A DNA stretch of 55,736 nucleotides, counting the filler, from Bipalium vagum (taxonomy: Eukaryota): the NCBI GenBank assembly GCA_037834085.1. It is 3 parts of 3 records of this genome, joined end to end, with 100 filler letters (N's around TTAATTAATTAA, not from the genome) between each part and the next. Parts side by side here need not be neighbours in the genome. Positions count along the whole stretch, not along the records: positions 1 to 15,749 come from JBBMKC010148198.1; positions 15,850 to 37,245 come from JBBMKC010238333.1; 1 more part is not named here. The stretch is one strand, 5' to 3'. The position numbers were made by a program, and so were the translations under genes. The notes beneath the pieces are model-generated. The model had not been told where the DNA came from and made no database searches. It saw only the letters and a list, made by a program, of their open reading frames with translations. The stretch's first letter is position 1. Every line of letters begins with the position of its first letter. This document shows positions 13,701 to 26,035 of the stretch, in pieces.

Positions 13701-14300
13701 AATTTGTCGCAGCTGGATTAAGGAACTGGGATATACAGAAGAAGAAGAAGAACCGAAGATCCCAGTTAAAAGTAGCTTCTTGAAACCTGGCATAATCGCG
13801 AGGAAACCAAACCATAGAACGCTGGTACTAGACATGCAAATAGTGAGTAAGTCCAGTGTGGCAAAGTTGAGTGATTATGACAGGCTAAAGAAGGAAAAAT
13901 ACGATATACCAGAGATCATAAGGTATGCAGACCCAAGCAGAAAAAAGATCTTATTGTGGCAGGAATAACAACCAACTGGAGAGACGCATGGTGCTACAAA
14001 ACTTGGGAAATCTTGAAAAGTGTTGGCTTCCGGAAATCGGACTTAAAGGTCATGACGGTGAGGGCGCTGGAGGGATCAGTAGAGATAGTTAAATTTAGAA
14101 ACTTTCTGGCCGGCTCCCATAGGAGAGAACATTTTAAGAGTTAAGTAGTAGCTGAAGACAATAGCTAAGTCTATAACATAGCGCATAAACAAGGACTTGT
14201 TTATTTTATGTAATATATTGTATTTAAATAAATAATGTTCAAAAGGGAACTATTACTGGGGTCTTTTCTTTCAGTAATAGTTGCCTTTTTTAAAAAAAAA
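13700..14300 (+). mobile_element. 5'-truncated R2-clade non-LTR retrotransposon (RLE domain, 3' UTR, A-tail)
   Basis: KFVAAGL…ELGY…EPKIPVKSSFLKPGIIARK…LVLDMQIVS…KKEKY…ITTNWRDAW…RALEGS matches the R2 restriction-like endonuclease tail (PD..D, with PD mutated). Stop at 14144, then 3' UTR and A9 at 14292-14300. Confidence 0.8.
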
Positions 14301-14780
14301 TGCCGAAATGATACTGGCATTAACACAAACGCAACCATGTATTTTAAAGCTAGTCAATGAGTTACAATATCAACAGTCTCGTTAAGATTTGGTGATTGAA
14401 TAAATGTTTTGTTATTAATAATAATTTATTAGTAGAAATAATTGTTATTGTATTTTATTTATAGTTGGATCGCCAACATTTTTTTGTTTCAAAAAATGGG
14501 ATCCCGATACCAAAAGGTTGGGAAACCCTGAATTAGGGCAAAATTGAGATTTTAAAATATATAAATGAAACAACTACTTCTCCAACTATATTATATCAAA
14601 AGTTTTTAAGTCAAAATTTGTCAATATTAATGTCAATTTAAAAAAAATTTATTAACAATAAATTATTATAATAAAATTTATAGAATACATATTTTGATTT
14701 TCAACTAGTAAACTTAACAATTAAATTAAATTAACAATTATATTTTTACTGAATTAGTTTATTTCTATGTTAGTGTTGAG

Positions 14781-15140
14781 ATGCCAAAAATTGGTAAAAG
14801 TAAATGCAACAAAATAAATCAAAGTATCCAGGAGAATTTGTTACATCACCCAAAAGCGCCGTATATGATTTCTGCCGATCGAACATTACATTTATTTTCT
14901 CAATTTTTTCATGTAACATGTACTGCACACTTAGTCCATAAGTGCACAATGAAAATTAGAGCACACTATCAACTTGTTGATGCATTAATAGGAGTCATAA
15001 AGAATAAAACCATAAAAAATCGAATGAGAGCAAAAGATTTTACTGTGATTGGTTTGCCACCAGATACTGTGATCACTCGTTGGGGAAGTTGGCTGAAGGC
15101 AGCTAAACATTTGCTAACAGTTGAAATTATTTCTCATTGA
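14781..15140 (+). mobile_element. hAT-like (DUF659-type) transposase fragment, internally deleted
   Basis: APYM…HVTCTAHLVH (CxxH) …LPPDTVITRWGSWL (TRW motif). Possible left end tagggc at 14534. Confidence 0.8.
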
Positions 15141-15584
15141 TCTGGTTAAGGTGTTTTTCTCAACGACGTCAAAAAAGTAATTCAATATAAGAAATACAAT
15201 TCTTTTATGAACCGTTGAGTTAATTAATTTTCAAATTGGAAGATTATAATGTTCAATGACATTTAGAGGGATATACCCTTTTACAACATTTTACAAGCTT
15301 TCCACACCTTAACAAATTATGTAGAAATGAAAGACAATTCAATTATGAAAATATCAGAAAATACTTGATAATTTATCATAATTCAATTTCCAGATCAAAA
15401 AATTAAAAATTCAAAAATCTTTATTAATAAAGTTTTGTTTAATGAAGATTTATTTTATTCTAGATCAATTTTAATCTTTTTAAAACACATACCGATGGTC
15501 AAATATTTTGACACACCTGATATCTTTATAAACGATGCTTAATAAAAGAACTTTTATAATTAATTATGTATCTATATACAGGGT

Positions 15585-15692
15585 TGTGCAATCTTATATT
15601 ACCACATGTTCAATCTTATATTACCATATGTGCAATCTTATATTACCATGTGTGCAATCTTATATTACCATGTGTGTAATCTGTATTACTAT
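15585..15692 (+). repeat. 22-bp tandem repeat, about 5 copies
   Basis: Unit tgtgcaatcttatattaccaYR, read directly. Last copy diverged. Confidence 0.95.
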
Positions 15693-15749
15693 TACGAACA
15701 TTTTTAATATGATGAGGAAAACAAAAAAATATATTACTAAAGATATATT

Positions 15750-15849
15750 NNNNNNNNNNNNNNNNNNNNNNNNNNNNNNNNNNNNNNNNNNNNTTAATTA
15801 ATTAANNNNNNNNNNNNNNNNNNNNNNNNNNNNNNNNNNNNNNNNNNNN
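15750..15849. other. Assembly gap with artificial spacer
   Basis: N44-TTAATTAATTAA-N44. Confidence 0.97.
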
Positions 15850-16477
15850 CTAACTACTTTTTAAAAACTGTTTATTTATCAAAAATCATTTATATAAACA
15901 AATACTTTAAATTATTATCTAACATAATTAAAGAAAAAAAATGAAACGGAAAGAATAAAGATGAAAATGATTAGAAAAATCTTTTCTGATCGATCTTTGA
16001 AGTTTAGATAATTAATAGCCGCATTTATGCATATCTTAATGTACCATAAACAAAATAATTTCTTCATAAGCATTTGTTGAGGGGTCCTGTAGAGATAATT
16101 TTGGGTTCTGCAACGTTGAAGATAGCTATTCTGAAAATATATACAATTTTAAGTTTTGAAAAAATTCTTTGAAAAAATTTTCCTCATTACAGAAAAGTTT
16201 TTTTCGATCTTATTTTTGTGGTTATGGTAATTATGCAAAGAGGAGTCACTTAAGGATTTTATTTCAAAGGGTAAGAAGAAGGAAAGTCATAGAATTCTAT
16301 TAAAAAGATGAACAGAATCAACTTGTTAAAATATGACCTCAATAATATCATTAAAAAAATAAATAACAAAATTACATCATGAATATATTGATCGTGTCAT
16401 GTTTTAAACTAAATCAAAAAAGATTCTTATTAATTATTAAATAAATAAATAAATTATTATTAAATAATATTTTTTAA

Positions 16478-16820
16478 TTAACGTGGAACCAATTTTTGAA
16501 GCTTCCTGACTTGTCCATTTTGTCTAAGATGGTCGAAAACAGTGGTATAGTCAACCTTAATTATTTCTGAAAGTGCACGAGTTGATTTTTGAGGATTGGA
16601 TTTGACAAGGACTTTTAAATGGTTTTTATCAATATGTTGATGTCACTCTGAACGACACTCGTCTTGAATTGATGTACCAATTTTTGTACCAATCTATATT
16701 ATGAATCTTTGTCCACGCTTGACAAATATTGCGTGAAATTTTTGATGCATTTTAAAAATTTTAAATTCATAACAGATATGTTTGAATTCATTGTCTCATA
16801 CTCAGTTTTATATTATTCAT
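16478..16820 (-). mobile_element. Mariner N-terminal (HTH) fragment
   Basis: Minus-strand translation IQDECRSE…HLKVLVKSNPQKSTRALSEIIKVDYTTVFDHLRQNG…WVPR*L (WVPHEL-like). Confidence 0.8.
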
Positions 16821-16839
16821 ACAAACTTAAAATAATATC

Positions 16840-17250
16840 AGGTTTTACCTTACCTCACCCACCCTGTTCTCCATATATATCTCCGACAGATTATCACCTA
16901 TTCCTGTCACTTGACAATTTCCTACGAAATATCAGTTCAAAAATCAGGATGATGTTCAACATACCTTTGCCTCTTTTATTGAATCCCGTGACCTGGATTT
17001 TTTCAGAAACGGTATAAAAACTCTTAGGACGTTGGCAAAGTGTTGTAGATGGCAATGGTGCATTTTTTGAGTAATAAAAATTTTTTTATAGTGACTTTTT
17101 GATTTTTGAGATGAAAAAGTGATAATACTTTTCCCTCAACTTAATATTATTTATCAATAATTAGAAAAATATTAATCGAAATAATAATAATAAATTTTTG
17201 CTTTAAAGTTTGAAATATAGAAAAGCGACAATACTTTCCCCTCAACCTAA
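16840..17250 (+). mobile_element. Mariner 3' fragment followed by two right TIRs
   Basis: LPHPPCSPYISPTDYHLFLSLDNFL…RWQSVVDGNGAFFE*. TIRs end at 17144 and 17250, each followed by TA. Confidence 0.85.
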
Positions 17251-20200
17251 TAATCAATGAATAACAGTTACTTGTTATACCAACTTATTCATTTAGGCTT
17301 TTGTAGAAAAAGAAAGAAATCCAGAGAACAAAATCAGCTTAATAATTTATCTCAATATAGGAAAAGATTAGTCGAAGTCATAAAGATAGTTTGACTGAGT
17401 TTCACACATAAGATGATAAGAAATTTTGAAAGAAAAATTCATAAATGAAAATTGTTACATACAGACTTTGGAGAAATGAAAAAAAAGAACATTTTGACAT
17501 GCGATCTCCAGAAAAATTTAAAATCTGTAGAGAAATAATATAAAATAAAAGTAACACACTTTAAGGTTGTTCATTTAGACGATCAATAATGCCCATTGTG
17601 TTCAGGACATATTTATTATTAAAGAAGAAGATTTCTCAGTGCTGTAAATTATGAAACTCGAAAAAATTTAACAAAGAAGTCAACCAAATCTAAAACTTTA
17701 CCAGAATAAAAAATCTCTAGAATTCGTAAAAGTTGTTTAGGTATTGTTATTCGTTTTTACTAAGACTTCATTGGCTTTTTATATAGGAAGGAGAGCTACA
17801 AGGGCGAAATCATAAAAACCTAAGTGATAACCTGTTATATAATTGTACCCGTTCTTTCATATGATACGTTTATAAACTTTGTTTTAATGAGGGTCGAAAT
17901 ATTTATTTCGCAACGGAGACAATCTTCTTATATTACAACATAACAGAAAAAATAGTTCCATATTTTACAGAAGACAATAATTTTTGTTTGAATTTTTTAT
18001 AAAATCATTTTTATAACCCTCGAGTGATTTCAATTCTTTTTAAATAATATTATCTAATAAAAAGTCGGAAATATTAAACATTAGTACAATAATATTTTCT
18101 TTTTCATTACTTTACTTCGTTATTTCGTTAATTCCTTCGTTTACAGCACCAGTAATGCCATTACCTAATGAGAGCTTAATTTTATCATGTTCGTTGCCTA
18201 TTTCCTTATTTGACAGTCGTACATTTTGGTTCGCTCTATATTTATGAGCAAGATCTATTATTATTTTCATATCTAATTTCATATTTAGATGATGACAGTG
18301 GTAAATGAAAGTAAGAGAAAACTCATTCCAAAGTATTAGATTTATTTCCAAATATTTCTACTAATTTAATTATCGTAAAGGAGTAAATTTTTAAAGGACT
18401 AAATCTATTTAACGCTAATTCAGTTTTGAAATATAAAGAAAATAATTTTTAAATAAAAAATAAAATCCAATATTTACATTATTTTTACATTCAGATCGAG
18501 ATTAGATCAGAATTATTGATAATAATAAAAATGAATTGATTTTTATTACCATTCAAAACCGATCGTTATTATTATTTATTATAATTTAAAGTTAAAAAAA
18601 TTTTATTAATAATTGCATTGGATCATGGAAATTTATGTTAATATGTGCACTATTGAAAAGAAATATTTTATTCATATAAAATTAAGATCTGATCAATAGT
18701 GTAGAAAATACCAATAATTATGAAGCAAATAACTTTTCGGTATGTTTTGGATGTTAAAAATTGAGACATACTTCAGTCACTATGGGCAATGATAATTAAT
18801 GTTTACTAAGAGCACTTTTATCTTGTGAGAATGTTCCCAATACTATAGATATTGCTATGTTAGGTATAACGGCCTTAAGCCTAGATTTACTAACTTATCT
18901 CCTTCATGGTATAAAGCAATACTTATCATCATGGTGCGGCGGCAAGATAAATAAGTCCGCAGTTAATTAGTTAAAGTATTATATGATATTTCTTTGAACA
19001 TCACATAAGCATCTGTCCTCGAAAATATTTCCAAACCTATCCGGTCAGCTTGGTAATCTCTTTTGACGTTTCTCAACGGGACCTCAATCACTTGAGCGAT
19101 TAACGAGTGAGAATATTATCAAAGATAAACGAGTTTTGACAGTCAAATCTTATTTATGTAAACAATGCAAAATAAGAAACAAACTATTAATAATTCAAAA
19201 GAATTTATCAATCACACGAATCAATTGAACACAACCATGAAAGAGAGAAAAAGTAAAAATAATAATAATAAAAAAAATGATTAATTTTATAGTAGAATAT
19301 ATTTTCAGTGAAAAATTTTTCCAAATATTTGAAAATTTTGTGTTGATTATTTGATAAAGATTTCGGGGAACGAATTTCTCACGATAAATTAGATTGATAA
19401 AATTGACACTGGATTATGGCGCATAAACAATTCGTTGATCCAAATTGTTTATCGACATATTTATGTCAAAATATCAAATAAATTATTGAATTAAAATTGT
19501 AAAATGAAAGTTCTCAAATGTCGATCCCATGTTAGATCGGTGGTTCAAAGTATCATTGAAGAAACGGATATTCCATTGGAGTTGATGTTCAACGAATAAT
19601 TTACACGTTAAACCAAAACAAATTTGTGAAATTGATTTGGATTTGGATGTTAAACATTTCACTTGTGATTTTGTTTTAATTCGTTCGATCAAGAATTGAT
19701 CAGATCAAATATGAAGAAATCTTTTTCAAAAAAAAATTCAATATTTTCTCAATTAAAATCACACAATGAAAAACATTTTTTTTCTGTTGTTTATCAAATA
19801 CGTCTTGAATTATTCCACATTTTAATTGTTCAGAAATCCAGTGTCATAATTTTTTCGTTCTGTAAAAGGACTGGTTTCCACAAGTAATTCAGAATGATTA
19901 TGCGCTGCCTTCTGAGAAAAATCAATTCTCCAAATTAGCAGAAGCATCCATTATAAAAACCAAATGACGTTATTCTAGAATTACTTTTGATGAATTTCGT
20001 AATGATTTTTTTTTTGGAATTTTAATGTCAGTATTGATATAACAGCCAGTGATCTGAAGTTTCACTGAACAATAAAGACTGAAAAAACAAGAATTATTGC
20101 TATATATGGAAAAAACGCCAGGAATATCAAGATAAAATACAGAAAAAAACAGGCTATCAAATGCAGATAAAGCTGCAAAAGCAAGTGTAAAATCGTGCAA

Positions 20201-21459
20201 GATTCAAAGCAAATAAAAAATATAAAAAAATAAACAAACTGTCATATTCTCAGTCTGGACTTATTCATTTCTCGAAGGAATTAGGGAATAAATTTTTTTT
20301 ACTAATTTTTATCAGATTTTTATAAGTTTATCTCACTTTTTTACTTGTTATTAGAAATAGTTAAAAAATTCATTTTCCAATCCCGATCGATTTCTTATAA
20401 GAATTATTATACTCCATCCCATTTTACTATAGTTTATGTTTTTCCTGAACGTTTTTCGATTTCTATTAATTCCATAAGCGAAATGTGTATTTTATTTCAT
20501 TCTTTCCCTGTCTTTTGCTATCTTAATAGAATTTGAACTAAAGAATCTAATGATGCTTGACTGTCAGCTTTGCCAGATAGAAAACACCTTAACTCAGTAG
20601 GAGTACTGTTTGAAATCCAGAAATATAACCCACTCAAAAAGATCATATTTCGTGAATTGATTGCGTAACTTTTCACTATCCTGCCAAGCCATAATCTAAG
20701 TAATACGCCGCATAATCCATGAATGATATTTAATTATTTAATTATCCTAATTTTTATAAGTATGTAAATTAATAAAAATAATAAAATTTATTATTATTAT
20801 TATTATTATTAAAATAAAATTTATTATTATTATAAAAATTATTATTATATTTATTATTATTAGTGGTATTATCACTATTATTTCTTTATTTTTTAAAAAA
20901 AATATAAGTACATAATTTACTTTATTAAATTATACAATAAACCTAATATTTTATTTGTTATAAGACTTAATTATATTTTATGAATAAAACTAAATATATA
21001 TAAGCTGAATAATGTTATAAAATAATTTTTTATGATTTTGGATCACAATTTAATTTTTAATTTTAAGTAGTTTAAGAAGTACTTCTTAGTTTTTAATTAC
21101 CAAAATTCCTTAATTAATCTCTGAAATTATGAAAAACATTTTTAAAATATTTATAAAGTGAAATCAATTAAAAGAAAATAGTTATTAGTACCTATTTTAG
21201 TAATTAAGTTAATTAAAATTAGTTAATCATAATAAATAGTCATTTTGAAGAATTATTAATAAAATTAAAACTTTGGAATTAATATTAATAAAATTTTTTT
21301 TCAGATATTTCTGTTAATAAAATATCTTATTTTCTGAAATTATAATTATAATACAGATGATTAATAATATTATTATTATTTAATAAATTATCCAGATTGA
21401 AATTAATCAATTTTTAACGAACAATATCAAAAATATCTAAATTTATCAATTATCAAAAG

Positions 21460-21665
21460 TCAACCAATGAAACGTGAAATATAATATCAAGTCTAATTTG
21501 ATTGGTTATTACAATGCAGTTATGGAAACATCTTCGCTTTGCATTCTCATGTTCGATTGGCGCTTACAGAAAGGATGTATGTACATGGCTATTTGTATGT
21601 GTGTGTGAAATGTACTCCCCTCCAGGACTACGCATGCCGACACGATGGCATCCAGTTATAAATGA
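21460..21665 (+). promoter_or_regulatory. Candidate six3 proximal promoter
   Basis: CCAAT at 21464, ATTGG at 21501 and 21556, directly upstream of the CDS. TSS unknown. Confidence 0.45.
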
Positions 21666-21671
21666 GACTTG

Positions 21672-22390
21672 ATGACCATCAATCCATTCATAAAATTTAT
21701 AAAAATGTCTTTGAATATGCCCAATTTGCCGCCTTTAATCAATAATATTAATCACAATATAACATCAATTTCCAGTGGTCAAAATTCAAATTTAAATTCC
21801 AATCCTGTGTCTAATTCAAATTTAACAATTTGGCCATTTCAATTTGCTCCGGATCAAATAGCAAAAGTTTGTGAAACACTCGAAGAATCTGGTGATATTG
21901 AACGATTGGGTCGATTTCTGTGGTCCATGCCTACCAATAGCATTTTGTGGAAATCGCTCAACGAGCACGAGGCCTTGTTAAGAGCTAGAGCAATTGTTGC
22001 ATTCCACAGTGGAAGTTTTAGAGAACTTTATCATATTTTGGAAAAAAATCATTTTGAAAAGTCATCTCATGCGAAACTTCAAGCATTATGGTTAGAAGCT
22101 CACTATCAAGAAGCAGAAAAACTTCGAGGGAGACCTCTGGGTCCGGTCGATAAGTACCGTGTTCGTAAGAAGTTTCCTATGCCTAGAACTATTTGGGATG
22201 GAGAACAGAAAACTCATTGCTTTAAAGAACGTACAAGAAGTCTACTCAGAGAATGGTACTTACAAGATCCCTATCCAAATCCGGCTAAAAAACGGGAATT
22301 AGCATCAGCCACCGGATTAACACCAACTCAAGTGGGCAATTGGTTCAAAAATCGTCGACAAAGGGACAGGGCAGCTGCAAGCAAACACAG
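21672..22390 (+). CDS. six3: Six3/6 (optix-class) homeobox protein, exon 1 (Six domain and homeodomain)
   Basis: [24 protein letters not shown]…[12 protein letters not shown]…[16 protein letters not shown] is diagnostic of the Six3/6 class. Start ATG at 21672 or 21705. Donor AG|GTATTA at 22391. Confidence 0.97.
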
Positions 22391-22440
22391 GTATTAATAA
22401 GACATTTAATTCAATTGAATTATTTAATTTCACAATTTAG

Positions 22441-23215
22441 AAGAATCCTGTTGTCAGACGAAGAAGAGGACTCGAATACTGACAATCCAACTAGAAAACG
22501 AAAGAATTCAGGGAAACTCAATGGTGAACAGTCTCCAACATATTCAAGTTGGATAGACATCGATAGTGAACCTGATGACTTTGAAGATGAAGTGATAATA
22601 AAAGCTGAAAAGTTTTCAAATTCTGAAAAAGGTAAATCAGAAATAGAATTTACCAACAAAGAATTTGACTGTCATTCTGAAATTAAAGTAGAAGGTCAGA
22701 CGACAAATAATTCAAATAATAGAAATGAAAGTAAAAATCCATTTTCTCTAAATTTTCTGATGTCTAAAGACTTTACTGATTCAAAGTTTAATCAATCATT
22801 TCTTCAAAATCTAGACCAATTGATTCGCACTCCATCATCATTACACTTTCCTGGTTTCATGGGTCAGTCATCGCCCGCATATTATTCAAAACTCAACAAT
22901 CAGAACTCAAATGAAGCGAAAATCAACAAACCCCATTTTAATGTGTCTGATATTCTTACAAGAATGAGTTCTCGAGACACTTCAAATAATATCAGACCAC
23001 CCCAATTCCCTTCACCATTTATAAATATGCTAAACATGTTACAATCAGTTTCATCCTTCAAATCTTTTTCTCCTATGATCGGTTTACCTCTACCCCTTCC
23101 TTTACAATCACCAAACCCAGAATCATTTTTCTCTTGTTTTCCTTCTAATCTTTCAACTTCCTTAAATTCGCCTAACGAAAAATACCGATTGCTCCCTACA
23201 TCAAAAAAAGACTGA
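22441..23215 (+). CDS. six3: Six3/6 exon 2 (acidic and Pro/Ser-rich C-terminus)
   Basis: A 50-nt GT..TTTAG intron (22391-22440, phase 2) joins exon 1 in frame to RRILLSDEEED… ending at TGA 23215, giving 497 aa from ATG 21672. ATTAAA at 23343. Confidence 0.9.
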
Positions 23216-26035
23216 CAAGTTTCCTCCCTAACAATAACTATCTTTTCTCACCCTTCTTCCCCATATATAAATATATAAAAAATATATATTTATATATTTA
23301 CTGATTTGTTTAGACTATTGATTTATGTATTTTGATTTATTTATTAAATACATTTCTTAACGAACAATATTTCTATTGATTTATTATTAAAATCAAAGTT
23401 AATTTCATCGAGAGATCATCAATATAATCGCAATGTTTGGATATGAAAATAGTTAAAAATTCCCACAATACAGTATACTATTATGATTGGTTTTATTTTA
23501 ATATAAACTTTGATGAATATAGACAATAATGCCAAGCTACATAACGACATATATTATCCATGTCAAACTATAGATCATCCGTTATAAACATGTAATTAAT
23601 AGATTTGAATCGTGTGAGTTTCATGGCTTAATAGGCTTTACCATACCGTTTGTATACATCATATACATTGTATATGACAACACTTGTCCAGTCAGTATAA
23701 TGATCCTATTATTACCTATGTCATTTAAACAGAACTGATAAATATCGGCACCAATTTAGCATATGCGAAAATTCGTTTGACTCCAGATTCCTTTGAAAAT
23801 AGGGTGGAAACCCGTGTACGAACCATATTTTTTTACACTATTTCCAGTTTTTTTATTGAAAAATCTTTATATTGTTGCAAAGGATTTTTTAATATTTTCT
23901 GTAGTAACTTTCTCAACAAAATATATTCATTAAATTACGATAATTTAATACTTAACACATTTTACCTTTTGTACCAATTTTTAATAAGCCTGTGTCTTTG
24001 GTAAGGAGGAATCTATTTACCCAATTCAAAATGAAGTTATAAAAATAAATGTTTAAATATCTAAGGGGAAATAAATAATATTAATATTTTACATCAAAAC
24101 TGCAGTTCTAAATCGAGTGAAAATGATTTTTTTTAACTATTTAATGTTTAATTAAATCCATAAAAGGCCTATTTTTTTCCAACCATTTCTTTTATTTTTA
24201 ACTTCTCTCAGTCACCAGATATGTAGCTGTAAGGTAATAATCTCAGAAAATGATCACTGACCTCAACAAAATAATACCTTGCAATTCCGTACAGTATTCA
24301 AAATCAATGTTGCAATTTCGCATATAAATATTATATGAAGAAAGGAGTATTTATTTCTCAGTACACCTATTTTAACTAACGCGATAGAGGAGAGATTAAT
24401 TTCATTATCTCCTGATCACAGACAGTTAACACATCTCTAATTTAATAAAATTTACCACTCCTACTCATGTTAGTTGGTTACGACTCTTTCTAAGTCATAG
24501 GTCGATTAGTTATTATAAACTGAATTCTATCAACCCACCACCTTGTGAGCACTAGTTGAGAAGACATCTCAAATCAGTTGGAAAATGAAACTTATAAGCA
24601 TAAGAAACGAGGTGTTGATACTAAAATAATAGATTATCGAAAGATAATGAAATTGTCTGTAATAAACCATTGTCCCTTACAGCCAATTCAGACATCAATA
24701 ATTCTATATTACTTATTAATTTATCCGAAGAGAGAATATTTAAACTGATTAACCCAGTTTAGATAGGCATAGATTTTCCTTTCAAGCGAACAAATCTTTA
24801 ATATTAGAAATGAATCTTATTTCGGAATCTGATATTTTCGTCACTATAATTTTCATTAAAGTGATTATTAACCAAAAAAATAATTAATTCTGCAACAAAA
24901 TAAAATTATTTTATGTACAGAAAATTTCGGGATTTTTCAGATGACTATTAGACATATTTTGAGATAGATTTTAGAAAAGTATTTATTTATTTATTAAGCG
25001 TTCTTTTTGGGAAATATTAATGCGAAGTATTTTTTTAGTTAATATTTTGAAATTGTTTAAGGGGTTTTGTGGTTCTGAAATCAAAAGCTTTCTGAGAAAT
25101 GATTAGGATTTTAATCAATGCTATAATACGTACTGGATTTATTGTCCTTTTTTGAACTGGAATGTCTATTAGATTAGATATATGCCTTTAAAGTAATGGT
25201 TTCAGAGAATTACCATTAACATGCTTCATCGGATCTAGAAACGAATGATGTGGAAAATTCTCAATCCCAATCAATATCAAGAGTGGATGATGAAAATTCT
25301 ATGAGTTTATTGTTTTTCGGGAAGCCTACTACTCATTTCATGGAAAGTACTACCAATTTTTAACAACTTTTTTCGGTTATAATTTTATGCATAATTGATA
25401 AATAAATTTCTTAATATTAATATCGAACTGCCGCAGTCTTCTAGCTTACTTTATTATCTCTCAAGATTTATTATAAAATAATTATTAATGATTTTTAATA
25501 AAAAATAATGTTCGAAGATATGTTCAAACAAGTTATTAGCGTAGATGTGACCCTTTTTATTTTCAAAGTGACTTCAAAAAATATAGAATGAAATGAAAAA
25601 TGTAGAGTATTTTAGATACATTTAAAAATAAGTCAATATATGTACATCAATATTTACAATAATAATTCCACCAATAATTAATAATCTATAAATAATATGA
25701 TTTATTGGATTAAATAGGGTGACCACAAATCCAAAATATACAATTATGTAAGATTCCCTTATTTTAAAGCAGTTGCACCGAAATGTATGTTTTTTCAGAA
25801 ACCCAGTATCAGGAAACAAGATTTTACATATAGGTTTGGTTTTGTTCAAATCAATATCAGATTGAATTGAAAGGTTCTTTTTACTGAGAATCAAGGAGAT
25901 TGTACTTAAAAGAATTCTGGGGCACATATTTTTTTTTGCTTTAATTTAAAATAAATTGAAGAAAAATTAAAAAATAAAATAAAGGTAAAAAGTAAATTTT
26001 TTTCATTTTATACATTTAATATAATAAAGGATATG

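Larger units (their letters stand above)
13430..14530 (+). mobile_element. hAT (Buster/Charlie-type) 3' relic interrupted by a tRNA-like/R2 segment
   Basis: EITKHLQSLENELVYYFPE (~13525) and EMILALTQTQPCILKLVNELQYQQSR* (~14305) resemble the Buster C-terminus. Right end aaaaggttgggaaaccctg is a typical CAG..TTCCCAAC terminus. Confidence 0.75.

Noticed and set aside
13636-13707. Functional tRNA-Ala gene
   Set aside because: The 5' acceptor strand is replaced and the anticodon stem does not pair.
15585-15692. CRISPR-like array
   Set aside because: The repeats are contiguous with no unique spacers, and the context is eukaryotic.
22340-23215. Separate 291-aa gene or programmed frameshift
   Set aside because: It is six3 exon 2, joined by a canonical 50-nt intron.
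25622-25927. 101-aa ORF, and tagggtgacca (hAT-like terminus) at about 25715
   Set aside because: No domain recognised and no partner TIR found.
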